From NCBI GenBank assembly GCA_020848545.1, contig JADLHZ010000104.1, positions 72,306 through 136,305 of the forward strand: 64,000 nt of DNA, written 5' to 3'. Shown here piece after piece: positions 27,518 through 41,792 of the stretch. The notes under the pieces were generated by a model, which saw only the letters and a program-made list of their open reading frames with translations, searched no databases and was not told the DNA's origin. Position numbers and translations under genes: made by a program. Each line of letters begins with the position of its first letter. Position 1 is the first letter of the stretch. The DNA comes from Deltaproteobacteria bacterium. GTDB lineage: Bacteria; Myxococcota; JADLHZ01.

Positions 27518-29551
27518 GTGCCGAATCGGCTGATTCACGAGACGAGCCCCTACTTGCTGCAACACGCGCACAACCCGGTCGATTGGTACCCGTGGGGCGA
27601 CGAAGCGTTTGCGCGGGCCAAGCGTGAGCAGCGGCCGATCCTGCTGAGCATCGGCTATTCGACCTGCCACTGGTGCCACGTGATGGAGCACGAGTCGTTC
27701 GAGGACCCGGAGATCGCCGAGGTGATGAACAGGCTCTACGTCTCGGTGAAGGTCGATCGTGAGGAGCGGCCCGACGTCGACGCGATCTACATGAGCGCGG
27801 TGCAGCTTCTGTCGGGCCAGGGCGGCTGGCCGATGACGGTGTGGCTCACGCCGGACAGAGAACCTTTCTACGCCGCGACCTATATTCCGCCGCGCGACGG
27901 CGCCCGCGGGGTGCGCGTCGGCTTCAAGACGATGCTCGAGCAACTGCGGACGCTCTTCGACACGACGCCCGAGCGGGTGCAGGCGGCGGCGGCCGATCTC
28001 GTGCGGGCGGTGCGGGAGTCGCTCGCGAGCGAACGCGGCGGCGATCCTGTGGACGCCGGCGTGATCACGCGCGCGCTCGAAGAGTGCCGGCGCCGCTTCG
28101 ATCCCGAGGCGGGCGGCGTGCGCGGCGCGCCGAAGTTTCCGTCGAGCATGCCCGTCCGTCTGTTGATGCGCCTGCACGAGCGCACCGGCGACCTCGACGC
28201 AGCGAAGATGGTGCGCTTGACGCTCGATGGCATGGCGAACGGCGGCATCTACGATCACTTGGCCGGCGGCTTTCATCGCTACTCGACCGACGCCGAGTGG
28301 CTGGTGCCGCACTTCGAGAAGATGCTCTATGACAACGCGTTGCTCGCGAGCGCCTATGCCGAGGCGTTCTCGCTCTTTGGTCGCGCCGAGGACGCTGCCG
28401 TTTGCCGTGAGATCATAGACTACGTGCTCCGCGACATGACGGCGGCGAACGGGGCCTTCTACTCCGCGACGGACGCCGACAGCCTGACGCCCGACGGGCA
28501 CAAGGACGAGGGCTACTTCTTCACCTGGACGCAGCAAGAGGTGAAGGCCGAGCTCGGCGCCGAGGCCGAGGCGTTCTGCCGCGCGTACGGCGTGTCGGCC
28601 GAGGGCAACTTCGAAGGGCGCAACGTCTTGAGCCTGCAGGACGCGAGCGCGCGCGCACAGCTGACGGGCGCACGCAAGAAGCTCCTCGCGGCGCGCAACG
28701 AACGGCCGCAGCCGATGCGCGACGAGAAGCACATCACGGCATGGAACGGCCTCATGGTGAGCGCCCTCGCCGTTTCGGGCTTCGCGCTCAACGAGCCGCG
28801 CCACGTGGACGCCGCCGTGCGCGCGGCGCAGGTGCTGTGGTCCGAGCGCTTCTCCGAACGCGGTTTTTCTCGCGTGGGCAAGGCGCCTGGCTTCCTCGAC
28901 GATCAGGCGAACATGCTCGCGGCCTGCGTCGATCTCTACTTGGCGACGAGCGATCCGACGTGGATCGTTCGCGCGAGGAAGATCGCCGAGGTGCTCGAGG
29001 GGCGCTTCCTCGATCGCGAGGGCGGCGGGTTCTTCAACGTGCCGGAGGGCGGCGAGACGCTGATCGCGCGCGAGAAGCCGAGCTACGACGGCGCTGAGCC
29101 GAGCGGGAGCTCTACCGCGGCGATCGGCCTCTTGCGTTTGGCGCGCGTGACCGGCGACGAGCGGCTGCGCAGCCTCGGCGAGCGGACCGTGCGCGCGTTT
29201 TCACGCCTGCTCGCCGGCGCGCCGCAAGCGATGGGCGAGATGCTGATCGCCGTGGATCTGATGGAGCGGCCGGTGAGGGAAGTCGTCATCGTCGGCGACG
29301 CGGCGGCGCGGGCGCCGTTCGTCGATGTGCTCAGGCGCGGCTTACGGCCCGGGCTCGTGTGGGCGGCAGGGGACGAGCGCGCGATCGCAGAGCTTGGCGC
29401 GGTCGTTCCGTTCGCGTCGAACCGCCAGGCGATCGACGGGCGCGCCACCGTCTACGTGTGCGAGAACATGGCGTGTCGCTTGCCCGTGCATACGGTCGAG
29501 GACTTCGTCGCGGCGTTGGATCAGCTCACTCCGCCGGCAACGCCACGCTGA
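27518..29551 (+). CDS. Thioredoxin-domain protein (DUF255/YyaL family) with C-terminal six-hairpin-like domain
   Basis: N-terminal [24 protein letters not shown]...[18 protein letters not shown] is the DUF255 thioredoxin-like signature; 677 aa. Confidence 0.85.
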   Translation: MPNRLIHETSPYLLQHAHNPVDWYPWGDEAFARAKREQRPILLSIGYSTCHWCHVMEHESFEDPEIAEVMNRLYVSVKVDREERPDVDAIYMSAVQLLSGQGGWPMTVWLTPDREPFYAATYIPPRDGARGVRVGFKTMLEQLRTLFDTTPERVQAAAADLVRAVRESLASERGGDPVDAGVITRALEECRRRFDPEAGGVRGAPKFPSSMPVRLLMRLHERTGDLDAAKMVRLTLDGMANGGIYDHLAGGFHRYSTDAEWLVPHFEKMLYDNALLASAYAEAFSLFGRAEDAAVCREIIDYVLRDMTAANGAFYSATDADSLTPDGHKDEGYFFTWTQQEVKAELGAEAEAFCRAYGVSAEGNFEGRNVLSLQDASARAQLTGARKKLLAARNERPQPMRDEKHITAWNGLMVSALAVSGFALNEPRHVDAAVRAAQVLWSERFSERGFSRVGKAPGFLDDQANMLAACVDLYLATSDPTWIVRARKIAEVLEGRFLDREGGGFFNVPEGGETLIAREKPSYDGAEPSGSSTAAIGLLRLARVTGDERLRSLGERTVRAFSRLLAGAPQAMGEMLIAVDLMERPVREVVIVGDAAARAPFVDVLRRGLRPGLVWAAGDERAIAELGAVVPFASNRQAIDGRATVYVCENMACRLPVHTVEDFVAALDQLTPPATPR

Positions 29552-31073
29552 AGTGATTCTTGTCGTCGACGCTCGCCTGGCCGACGAGCTCGGCGCCGTC
29601 ACCGATCACCCGATAGAACTCCAAGATCGCGCCGGACATCCGTTTGTCGCCAAACGTCGTCACCTCGCCGCCGACGAGCGCGACTGGAGGCAGCACGAGC
29701 TCGAGCGGGTTGCTCGTCGCGTCGATCGTCGCGCGGATCGTCGTCCGTGGCAGCCTTGCGCCCGAGGGCGGAACGAGCGCGAACGCGTACTCGCCGGGGT
29801 CGAGGAAGAAATCGAAGGTGCCGTCGTCGCGGCTCACGGCTGGCACGGTGGCGCCGCCGTCGTTGCTCTTGGCGACGATGTTCATCGCTGCGACGCGCTG
29901 CCCGCTGGCGTCGACGACGTAGCCATTGACCGGCAGGCGTTCGCCGAGACTGAGCGCGATCGGCGCCGGCTCGCCGGTCGTCTCGAGCGTGTAAATGAGC
30001 GCGGCTCGCCCCCGGCTCGAGCTCGCGAGCGCCGTCGCGTTGATCGCGTAGGTGAGCTCGGTCGACGCCTCTCCGCGCAAGAGCTTCAAGGCGAACTTGC
30101 CGTTCTTGTCGCTGGTCGTGCCGGTGCGATAGACGCCGCCGAGCATCGCCGCTTCGGCCGAGATCGACACGTTCGGCTCGGGCTGCAGGTCGGCGTTGAG
30201 CACCGTGCCGGCGACGATGACTGGGCTGCCGACGTCGCCGAGGTAGACGTCCTTCAGCGCTGTCGCGCGCGAGAGGACGAGCGGCATCCCGTTACTCCCC
30301 TTGGTGAACTCAATCTGCGGCAGCGACGCGTTCTGGTTGCTCGGCGCGACGAAGAGGCTGAACTCGCCGCCGACGCCGAAGATCACGAGGTCGAACGAGC
30401 CGTCGGCGCGCGTCGTCGCGACGGTGGAAGTGAGCGGCTGCCCTTTGAGCTTCGCGAAGACGGTGGCGCCTTCGAAGCCCGGGAAGATCAGGTCGGATGG
30501 CGTCGTCGTCAAGCGGCCGCTGATCGTCGAGAAGCTGGTGGGGTACGGGATCGAGACGTCGAAGTTGTCGATCTCGGTCACGTTCCACGCCTCTTCGAGG
30601 CGGAGCGGCGCGCGTTGTAGGTCCGCGTTCGGTACGAGCGTCACGGTGTAGGCGCCCGGCTCGAGCTCGATGGAGAACGGCGCCCCCTCGGGAGCCCGCG
30701 CCGCGAACGAGATGGGCCGGCCGGGGATCAACGCCGCGCGGTTGAACGTGAGGAGGCCGTGAATACGAAAGCCGACGGCGAGATCACGGATCGTGCCTTT
30801 CCAGAGCGTCGGTTGCTTCCACTCGACCGTCGCGCGCCCGCGCGGCGCAGTGAACGCCTTCTGCTGCGGCGGCAAGGTGAGGCGGGCAGGCGGTGCGACC
30901 TCGACGAAGAGATCCGCCGCCGCATCGCGCAGCGGCGCCACGCACTCGCGAAAGAAGCAGATCTGGCCGGTGACGCACTCTGTGTTCGTGCGGCACTCCG
31001 GGCTCTGCGTATCGCGGATGATGAGCTGACAGCCGGCCAACCCCGCCGCCAGCAACGCCAGCGCACGGATCAT
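29526..31073 (-). CDS. Lipoprotein with carboxypeptidase-regulatory-like beta-sandwich repeats
   Basis: Lipobox LAGC; Cys-rich N-terminal module then repeated beta-sandwich-like segments. Confidence 0.55.
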   Translation of the reverse strand: MIRALALLAAGLAGCQLIIRDTQSPECRTNTECVTGQICFFRECVAPLRDAAADLFVEVAPPARLTLPPQQKAFTAPRGRATVEWKQPTLWKGTIRDLAVGFRIHGLLTFNRAALIPGRPISFAARAPEGAPFSIELEPGAYTVTLVPNADLQRAPLRLEEAWNVTEIDNFDVSIPYPTSFSTISGRLTTTPSDLIFPGFEGATVFAKLKGQPLTSTVATTRADGSFDLVIFGVGGEFSLFVAPSNQNASLPQIEFTKGSNGMPLVLSRATALKDVYLGDVGSPVIVAGTVLNADLQPEPNVSISAEAAMLGGVYRTGTTSDKNGKFALKLLRGEASTELTYAINATALASSSRGRAALIYTLETTGEPAPIALSLGERLPVNGYVVDASGQRVAAMNIVAKSNDGGATVPAVSRDDGTFDFFLDPGEYAFALVPPSGARLPRTTIRATIDATSNPLELVLPPVALVGGEVTTFGDKRMSGAILEFYRVIGDGAELVGQASVDDKNHFSVALPAE

Positions 31074-31619
31074 CGCGCGACCTTGCTCTTGCAGCTGAGC
31101 TGCTCGAGGTCGTCACAGCCGATGCCGCGCCGGCGGATGCGCACCGTCCACTGCTTGACCGCCACGTGCGCGTCGTCCGGGAGCGCGCGGCCCGTCGGCA
31201 GGCCCTCGGGGAGAAACTCGCGATCGGCGATCCACGTCTCGAGGGTGTGAATGCTGCCGTCGTCTTTGGCGTCTTGGAAGCGCGAGTTCAGCGGCACGTC
31301 ACAGGTGACGAGCGTGCGATCGGCGTTCGGATTGGCCGGCGGCTGCACCTTGTTACTGCAGAAGCCGTCGCTCGCGGGCAGCGTGTCGTAGTCGAAGAAC
31401 CAGCGGTAGAAGAGCGTGTCGGTGATGTCCGGGTCTTCGATCTGCAGCGAGAAGGTGCAGGTCTCGCAGTTCAAGTTGAGCTCGACGAAGGCCTTCTGCG
31501 GCTTGGCGGTCTCGTTGACCACGAAGGGCTCGTTGTTGATCTGCTCTTCGACGGCGACCGGCGGCGGCAAGATGCACGCGGCGCCCATCACGAGCGCGAC
31601 GAGCGCCGGGCGGATCGCG

Positions 31620-31648
<29 letters not shown>
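31070..31648 (-). CDS. Secreted hypothetical protein
   Basis: Signal peptide, several Cys pairs; stop overlaps the downstream start. Confidence 0.45.
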
Positions 31649-33437
<1,789 letters not shown>

Positions 33438-33461
33438 GCCACCCTCCAGACCCGCGATTTC

Positions 33462-34310
33462 TTAGTACATCATACCGAAGCGCAAACCTACAGAAACGTC
33501 GGTTGAGCTCGGAAGGCTGCTCCCTTTGCCGCGATCTTTTTCGATCGTGACGACCGGTTGAAAAAACAGCCGTGCATGGACTGCGCCAGCGGCCCACCCG
33601 GCGATGAAGGTGCCGAGTCCCGAGTACTGCACGGCGAGCCAGACGTCGCGCTTCCAGGCGTCGCGCGGAGCGATGATACCGGTTCTGTCCGCGAGCAGCT
33701 GGCCCATGATGTAGCCAAGGACGTTCGCCGCGAGGGCCACGACGTCGATCGTCAAAAAGAGGATCCCCATGCCGATGTGCCCGTTTTGGAATTGGCCGAT
33801 GCCGAAGGGCAGGTAGGTGAGGAACTCGATGTGCTTGATGCGATCGCGCTCGATGTAGCGCGGCGCTTCGAAGCGGGTCTTACGGTGCGCGTAGATGCGC
33901 TCGACCTCGGCGCTCTTTTGCTCCACCTCGGCCTTGATCTCGTCGAAGAAGCGCAAGACCGGCGGCGCCGTCGCGTAGAGATCGAGCTGCGTGTCTTTCC
34001 TGATGAGCAACGCGAGCTCGAACTGCACGCGCGCCTTCGCCTCGTCGCCGAGCAGAAAGTACATCGTGCCGAGCGTCTTACGCGCCTCGACGAGATCGTC
34101 CTCGTTGTCGAGCTGCACCGGGTCGAGCAAGCGCTCCAAGCGGGCGGCGGCCGCTTTGTAGTCGCCTTGGGTGAAGTCGAAGAGCGCGCGGCGGAAGCTG
34201 ACTTGGGGATCCTCTTTGTCGGCGCCGAATGCTCGCGACGCGGTGGCGCAGAAGAGCGCCAGCACGACGAGAGCGAGCCGCAAGCAGAGCATCGCTGCCC
34301 AGTTTTTCAC
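33462..34310 (-). CDS. Membrane protein with periplasmic TPR-like region
   Basis: Signal/TM segment, helical TPR-like stretch, C-terminal hydrophobic helices. Confidence 0.5.
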   Translation of the reverse strand: MKNWAAMLCLRLALVVLALFCATASRAFGADKEDPQVSFRRALFDFTQGDYKAAAARLERLLDPVQLDNEDDLVEARKTLGTMYFLLGDEAKARVQFELALLIRKDTQLDLYATAPPVLRFFDEIKAEVEQKSAEVERIYAHRKTRFEAPRYIERDRIKHIEFLTYLPFGIGQFQNGHIGMGILFLTIDVVALAANVLGYIMGQLLADRTGIIAPRDAWKRDVWLAVQYSGLGTFIAGWAAGAVHARLFFQPVVTIEKDRGKGSSLPSSTDVSVGLRFGMMY

Positions 34311-34325
34311 ACTTCATGCGCGGTC

Positions 34326-36080
<1,755 letters not shown>

Positions 36081-36136
36081 CCGTGTCGTCCATTGTAGCA
36101 GGATCTCGCGCAGAACCTCAGATCAGTTCGCGGGGC

Positions 36137-37687
36137 TCAGTTGGCGGGACAGCTGAGCGGCACTTGCGGCCACCGCGGCGGGCTGGCGTTCGGGTCGAAG
36201 CCTTCGAAGGTGTTGCCGAGCTTCGGATCCGTGTAGCTCGTCAGCAAATTGCCGCCGCCCGTGTTGTTGCGGATGCCCGAGCCGGCGATGAAGCGGAAGG
36301 TGCTGTTCGTGATCGGCGGGCCTTCGTAGTCCCAGCCGATGCCGCGGAAGAACACGATCGCCGCGATGCCGTTGCCCTTGTCGTTGCAGTTGTAGACGGT
36401 GTCTTTGCCGGTGCCGCCGCCGTACTCGAAGATGACGTGATCGAAGCGCGACATGCCGAGGCGCTTCTTCTTCGCGCAGTCTTGGGCGCCGGGGCAGAAG
36501 CAGCCCGGCACGAAGACGATGCTCGGCCAGTCGCCCGGCTGGGGATCTTCGCCGCGCACGAACGCGTCGGAGGTGAAGACGATCGGCTCTTCCTTCGTGC
36601 CGACCGCCTCGATGTTCGCGAAGCTGTTGCCGCCGTCGCAGATGCGCAGCGAGCCGCCGTTGCTCAGCGCGATGACCGTGCCGGGATCGATCTTCAAGGT
36701 CGGCGGCTCGTCCGGGTAGCCGTTCACTTTCATGTTCTGAATGTTGCGCCAGACCAGGCCCTTCTGCAGTTTGTGCAGCGTGACGTTCTGATCGATGTTC
36801 ATGCCTTCGGCGTGATCGAGCTGGATGTAGCGGGCCGCCGGCGGGATCTCGCCGACCTTGAACGTCTCTTCGGTCACGGTGTGTGCGGCGTAGGGATGAA
36901 TGCGCAAGGTCGGGTAGCCGTCGTACCAATAACGCTTCGCCTGATCGTCGGTGTAATTGTTGTAGACGATGCGCGTCTCCGGCGTGAACCCCGAGGTGAG
37001 GTTCTGCAGGCCGAGGCGTTGGCTCGAGTAATAAGTCACGTGTTGCAGGTCGAGCGGCGGCGCCTTGAAGTCCGGAAAGGTGCTCAACGGGTGGCCCGAG
37101 CCGCTGCCGCCGGCGTTGTAGACGTCGACGTACTGGAGCGTGGACTGATCGTTCAGCGCGCCAGACGCGAAGTACATGCCGCCCCAGTACTCGTTCTTGC
37201 CGTTCTGCGAGGTGAAGACGATGTGCTTGTCGGGCTTGCCGAGCATCTTCACCCACGCTTTTTCCATGAACTCGATGTTGCCCGGCGGCGGATTGGCGCT
37301 GCCTTCGGTCGGAAAGTCCGCGTAGGTCATGCAGATGACGGTGCCGGCTTGGATCGTCAGCGACTTCTTGATGTGGATCGGGCCGTGGATCGAATAGACG
37401 TTGTCCGGCGTCCACACTTCGTCTTTTTCCAAGACGGCGTTCGGGTTCAGCGTATGACCGTAGACTTTGACCGGCTTACCGCTGTCGAGCGGGCAGGGCA
37501 TGCGCGGCGTCTTGCCGCCGGTCGCTGCCGGCGCTTTGCCGCCGGCGCTCGGTGGGGCGCTCGCTGCGGGTGTTGGGGCTGCGACTGCCGGAGCTTCCTT
37601 CGCCGGCTTCGCTTTACCTTTCTTGGCCGCGATGAAGGTGAAGGCCACACAACACAGCAGGAGGGGACGCCATGGCTTTCGGTTCAT
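36137..37687 (-). CDS. Secreted hypothetical protein
   Basis: Signal peptide; 516 aa; Asn/Gly/Thr-rich, consistent with a beta-helix fold. Confidence 0.55.
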   Translation of the reverse strand: MNRKPWRPLLLCCVAFTFIAAKKGKAKPAKEAPAVAAPTPAASAPPSAGGKAPAATGGKTPRMPCPLDSGKPVKVYGHTLNPNAVLEKDEVWTPDNVYSIHGPIHIKKSLTIQAGTVICMTYADFPTEGSANPPPGNIEFMEKAWVKMLGKPDKHIVFTSQNGKNEYWGGMYFASGALNDQSTLQYVDVYNAGGSGSGHPLSTFPDFKAPPLDLQHVTYYSSQRLGLQNLTSGFTPETRIVYNNYTDDQAKRYWYDGYPTLRIHPYAAHTVTEETFKVGEIPPAARYIQLDHAEGMNIDQNVTLHKLQKGLVWRNIQNMKVNGYPDEPPTLKIDPGTVIALSNGGSLRICDGGNSFANIEAVGTKEEPIVFTSDAFVRGEDPQPGDWPSIVFVPGCFCPGAQDCAKKKRLGMSRFDHVIFEYGGGTGKDTVYNCNDKGNGIAAIVFFRGIGWDYEGPPITNSTFRFIAGSGIRNNTGGGNLLTSYTDPKLGNTFEGFDPNASPPRWPQVPLSCPAN

Positions 37688-37731
37688 GCGGCCGATTGCC
37701 GCGAGGACGAGGGCGGGTCAAGCTGCTGTGC

Positions 37732-38865
37732 TCAGTCCCCGAAGCCCATGCCGATCGCGCGCGCCATCCGCACGAGCTCGCCTTTTGGATCGACGCGCTT
37801 CTCAATCGCCACGGCCTTGTCGAGCGGCGTCGTGATCATGCGATCGCCCTCGACGCCGACGAGCACGCTCTCTTCGCCGCGCAAGAAGGCGTCGACGGCG
37901 TGCGCGCCCATGCGGGTGGCGAGCAGGCGATCGTACGATGACGGCGTGCCGCCGCGCTGGATGTGCCCGAGCACGGTGACGCGCACTTCGCGATCGGTGC
38001 GCTGGATGATCTCGTGTGCGACGACGTGGCCGACGCCGCCGTAGCGGGGCATGGCGCCTTTCCTTGTCTCGAGGATGGTCACGTCGCCGCCCTTCGCCTT
38101 CGCGCCTTCGGCGACGACGACCAGCGAGAAGAAGGTGCCGCGCCGCACGCGGTGCGTGATCCGATCGATGATCGCCGCCATGTCGTACGGGATCTCGGGG
38201 ATGAGGCAGATGTCGGCGGCGCCGGCGATCGCCGTGTGCAGCGCGATGAAGCCAGCGTCTCTGCCCATGACCTCGAGGATCATCACGCGGTCGTGGCTCT
38301 CCGCCGTCGAGTGCAGGCGATCGAGCGCTTCGGTCGCGATCTCGACGGCGGTGTTGAAGCCGAAGGTGACCTCGGTGCCGCCGAGATCGTTGTCGATCGT
38401 CTTCGGCACGCCGATGACGTTGATGCCGCGCGCGACGAGCTCGAGCGAAATCCGCTGGCTGCCGTCGCCGCCGACCGAGATGACGGCGTCGATGCCGAGC
38501 GCCTTCAGCTTGCCCATGACCTCGGGCGATCGATCGATCGTGCCCCTGCCGCCTTTATCGGTCTCGAAGCGAAAGGGATTGCCGCGGTTCGTGGTGCCCA
38601 AGATGGTGCCGCCGCGGTTCAAGATGTCCTTGACGTCGTCGTTCGTGAGCTCGCGCACCTTGCCGTTGCCGAGGAGGCCGCCGAACGCGCGCTCGATGCC
38701 GAAGACGCGCACGCCGTTTTGCGCCGCGGTCTTCACCACCGCACGAATGACCGCGTTCAGGCCGGGGCAGTCGCCGCCGCCGGTCATGATCGCGACGCGT
38801 TTTTCGCCGGCCGGCTTCTTCTGCCACTCTGTCGGCCAATCGGAAGGCCAGGGTACGTTGCTCAT
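37732..38865 (-). CDS. pfk: 6-phosphofructokinase (ATP- or PPi-dependent)
   Basis: Internal ATG start (377 aa); motifs GGDCPGLNAVIRA, GGDGS, MGRDAGFIA; upstream ORF extension is Arg-rich. Confidence 0.9.
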   Translation of the reverse strand: MSNVPWPSDWPTEWQKKPAGEKRVAIMTGGGDCPGLNAVIRAVVKTAAQNGVRVFGIERAFGGLLGNGKVRELTNDDVKDILNRGGTILGTTNRGNPFRFETDKGGRGTIDRSPEVMGKLKALGIDAVISVGGDGSQRISLELVARGINVIGVPKTIDNDLGGTEVTFGFNTAVEIATEALDRLHSTAESHDRVMILEVMGRDAGFIALHTAIAGAADICLIPEIPYDMAAIIDRITHRVRRGTFFSLVVVAEGAKAKGGDVTILETRKGAMPRYGGVGHVVAHEIIQRTDREVRVTVLGHIQRGGTPSSYDRLLATRMGAHAVDAFLRGEESVLVGVEGDRMITTPLDKAVAIEKRVDPKGELVRMARAIGMGFGD

Positions 38866-39890
38866 GCGGGGGTCCTCTTCAGATGCGCACTCGCCGGCAA
38901 AAACGCCAGCGCGGTGCAAAATGCCATCATCGCGAGGGTGAAGGCGAGCGTCGCCGGCCAATCGAAGGTGCCTTTGTAGCGGTGAAAGTAGAGCCCGTAG
39001 CAGAGCTCCACGTGCACCCAATAAATGACGAGCGAGCGCCGCCCGAGCAAGGTGAAGGTGCTTACGAAGCGGGTCGTGCGTTCCAAGTAGAGCGACGCCG
39101 GCCACAGCAAGCCGAGCGCCAGCGCCGTGCGTTCGAGCGTGAACACCGGGTGGATGTTCGTGCGGCTGAACGCGAGCGGGCCGGGGAAGAGCGCGCGGAC
39201 GAGGAAGATCAGCGGGTAGGCGACGAAGAGCCACTTCGCCAGGCCGAACAAGCGCGTGGCGGTGTGCGCTTTGCCGTCCTTCGTGGCGTACGCTCCGAGC
39301 GCGGCGCCGAGCAACGCGACGCCGGCCCACGGAAAGAGCGGAAAGAGCGCGAATTGCGGCGGGCCGCCCAAGTGGTGGCGAAGCGGACCGGGAACGTTCG
39401 CGAGCCAGTCGGCCTTCGCGATGAGCGGCGTGACGAGCACCGTGATGAGGCCGGTCACGGCGAGCGCGGTGGCTTCGTGATGCCGGGCGAGCCGGTGCAC
39501 GAGGACGCAGAGCAAGATCGAGAGGCCGATGCAGTTGAGCACGTCGACCCGCAGGAGCATGCCCGAGTACGAGCCGTCGCCGCCGAGCGCCCACTCTTGG
39601 ATGCGAAAGAGCAAGGACAGCAGCCAGATCTCGACGCCTCTGCGAAACATCGCGCCGGCGCCTTGGGTGATCGCGAGGCTGGTGGCGAGGCCGGCGAGGG
39701 CGAGGAACATCGGCGCGGCGCCGCCGCCGAGGTAGTAGCTGAGATCGCCGTAGAAGCTCTTCTTCGTGGCGGCGGAGCCGAAGCTGTCGAACGCGTGCAG
39801 GAGAATCATGCACAGCACGGCGCCGCCGCGCACACAGTCGACGGCGGCGAGGCGCGGCGCCGGTCTCTGGCCGGTCTGGGGGACGAGCAC
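38862..39890 (-). CDS. Polytopic membrane protein (DUF1624 / acyltransferase-3-like)
   Basis: About nine hydrophobic helices; stop overlaps the pfk start by 4 nt. Confidence 0.55.
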   Translation of the reverse strand: MLVPQTGQRPAPRLAAVDCVRGGAVLCMILLHAFDSFGSAATKKSFYGDLSYYLGGGAAPMFLALAGLATSLAITQGAGAMFRRGVEIWLLSLLFRIQEWALGGDGSYSGMLLRVDVLNCIGLSILLCVLVHRLARHHEATALAVTGLITVLVTPLIAKADWLANVPGPLRHHLGGPPQFALFPLFPWAGVALLGAALGAYATKDGKAHTATRLFGLAKWLFVAYPLIFLVRALFPGPLAFSRTNIHPVFTLERTALALGLLWPASLYLERTTRFVSTFTLLGRRSLVIYWVHVELCYGLYFHRYKGTFDWPATLAFTLAMMAFCTALAFLPASAHLKRTPA

Positions 39891-39933
39891 CGGGCCCGTT
39901 GATACGCTTTTTCAGGCGTGGTCAAGTTGTCGG

Positions 39934-41601
39934 ATGTCGTTCTATCAGACGCCGCCCGTGCTGGAGAATCAGTTCACGACCGATCGCCTGCTGCGGACGT
40001 ACTTGCAGCGCACGCTCGGCGACGCGCTCGCGTCGGTGACGCCCGAGCTCGACGCGCTGGGAGCGCTGACCGCCGGCGAGATGTGGCAGCGTGCGCGGGC
40101 GGAGCGCGACGACGAGCCGTCGTTGGCGCAGTGGGACGCGTGGGGCCATCGCGTCGATCACATCGAGCTCTCGCACAGCTGGAAGCACGCCAAGCGCATC
40201 GCGTGCGAGTTCGGCCTGGTCGGCACCGCGTACGAACGCAAGCTCGGCGCGTTGTCGCGCGTCTTGCAGTTCGCCAAGGTGTACCTGTTCGAGCCGTCGA
40301 GCGACACGTATTCCTGCCCGTTGGCGATGACCGACGGCGCTGCCAAGACGCTGCTCACGCACGAGAACAGGGCGCTCATCGATCGTGCGGTGTCGCGGCT
40401 GACTTCTCGCCGCGCTGAAGACGCGTGGACGAGCGGGCAGTGGATGACCGAGCGCACCGGCGGCTCCGACGTGAGCAAGACCGAGACCGTCGCGCGGCTC
40501 GTGGACGGTGAATACCGGTTGTACGGCACGAAGTGGTTCACCTCGGCGACGACGTCGGAGATGACGCTGACTTTGGCGCGACCCGAAGGGCAACCGGAAG
40601 GGAGCCGCGGGCTCTCGTTGTTCTACTTGGAGCGCGCGCGCGCGGACGGATCGGCGAACGGCATCACGGTGAATCGGCTGAAGGACAAGCTCGGCACGCG
40701 CAAGCTGCCGACGGCGGAGCTTTTACTCGACGGCGCCATCGCGGTGCCGGTGAAGGGCATCGGCGACGGCGTGCGCAACATCGCGCCGATGCTGAACGTG
40801 ACGCGCTTGTGGAACTCGGTGTGCGCCGCGGCGGGCATGCGGCGCGGCATCGCTCTGTCGCGCGACTACGCGAGACGCCGGCTCGCGTTCGGCATGCCGC
40901 TGTCGCAGAAGCCGCTGCACCTCGATACGCTCGCGGGGATGCAAGCGGAGCTGGAGGCCGGGTTCATGCTCGCGTTCCGGGTGGCGGAGCTGCTCGGCGC
41001 CGACGAAGCGGGGCAGAACGCGCAGCCCGAGCTCGCGCGCCTGGTGACGCCGCTGGCGAAGCTGACGACGGGCAAGCAAGTCGTCGCGGTGGCGAGCGAA
41101 GCGCTCGAGTGCTTCGGCGGGGCGGGGTACGTGGAAGACTGCGGCGTCTCGCGCTTGCTGCGCGACGCGCAGGTGCTGCCGATCTGGGAGGGGACGACGA
41201 ACGTGTTGTCGCTGGACACGCTGCGGGTGCTCGCCGGCGGCGCGGGCCATGCGGCGTTGCTCGAGGACACGGCGCGGCTCATGAAGGAGACGAAGGACAA
41301 GGAGCTCGCTGCGGTGGCGTCGTCCGGGCACGAAGCGATCGGGCGGACGGTGGCGAAGGCAGGCGAGCTCGCGGGCCGCGATCCGGTCGCGGTCGAGCAG
41401 GCGGCGCGGCGCGTGGCGATGACGCTCGGGCGATCGTACGCGTTGGTGCTTTTGTGTCATCACGCGGACTGGTGTTTGCGGACGCTCGGGGATCGACGGT
41501 CACGGGCGGCGGCGTTGCGCTTCGCGGCGCATGGCTTCGATCTGATGAGCCGGCCGGAGGTCGCCGTGCGCGAGGACGAGGCGGCGATGGCCATGGAGTG
41601 A
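39934..41601 (+). CDS. Acyl-CoA dehydrogenase family protein (AidB-like)
   Basis: Internal ATG MSFYQTPP; 555 aa; acyl-CoA dehydrogenase middle and C-terminal domains (GTKWFTSA..., ALECFGGAGYVED). Confidence 0.8.
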   Translation: MSFYQTPPVLENQFTTDRLLRTYLQRTLGDALASVTPELDALGALTAGEMWQRARAERDDEPSLAQWDAWGHRVDHIELSHSWKHAKRIACEFGLVGTAYERKLGALSRVLQFAKVYLFEPSSDTYSCPLAMTDGAAKTLLTHENRALIDRAVSRLTSRRAEDAWTSGQWMTERTGGSDVSKTETVARLVDGEYRLYGTKWFTSATTSEMTLTLARPEGQPEGSRGLSLFYLERARADGSANGITVNRLKDKLGTRKLPTAELLLDGAIAVPVKGIGDGVRNIAPMLNVTRLWNSVCAAAGMRRGIALSRDYARRRLAFGMPLSQKPLHLDTLAGMQAELEAGFMLAFRVAELLGADEAGQNAQPELARLVTPLAKLTTGKQVVAVASEALECFGGAGYVEDCGVSRLLRDAQVLPIWEGTTNVLSLDTLRVLAGGAGHAALLEDTARLMKETKDKELAAVASSGHEAIGRTVAKAGELAGRDPVAVEQAARRVAMTLGRSYALVLLCHHADWCLRTLGDRRSRAAALRFAAHGFDLMSRPEVAVREDEAAMAME

Positions 41602-41682
41602 GGGACAAACTTGCACCCCGCGCGCCCTGCCGTGCCGCAGCGGAGCGGAGTCGGCGGTGGGGGCGTACGGCCGGGGCGTCGA

Positions 41683-41790
41683 TCGTGCGGCGGTCGTCGT
41701 CATCACGGCCGGGCGCGCGGCGTCCGGCGCTGCAAACGTGAGTGCGCGCACCGCCCGCGCCACGCTGCGCGTGTCACGGGCGCTGCACAT
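41683..41790. repeat. Left arm of an imperfect inverted repeat flanking the HNH gene
   Basis: Reverse complement closely matches 43388..43500, including the shared core gtgcgcgcaccgcccgcgccacgctgcgcgtgtcacgggcg; boundaries approximate. Confidence 0.55.
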
Positions 41791-41792
41791 GG

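Noticed and set aside
40533-41741. 402 aa plus-strand ORF overlapping the 3' half of the acyl-CoA dehydrogenase gene
   Set aside because: Out-of-frame Arg/Gly/Ala-rich shadow ORF; its C-terminus derives from the inverted-repeat arm, not a real coding region.
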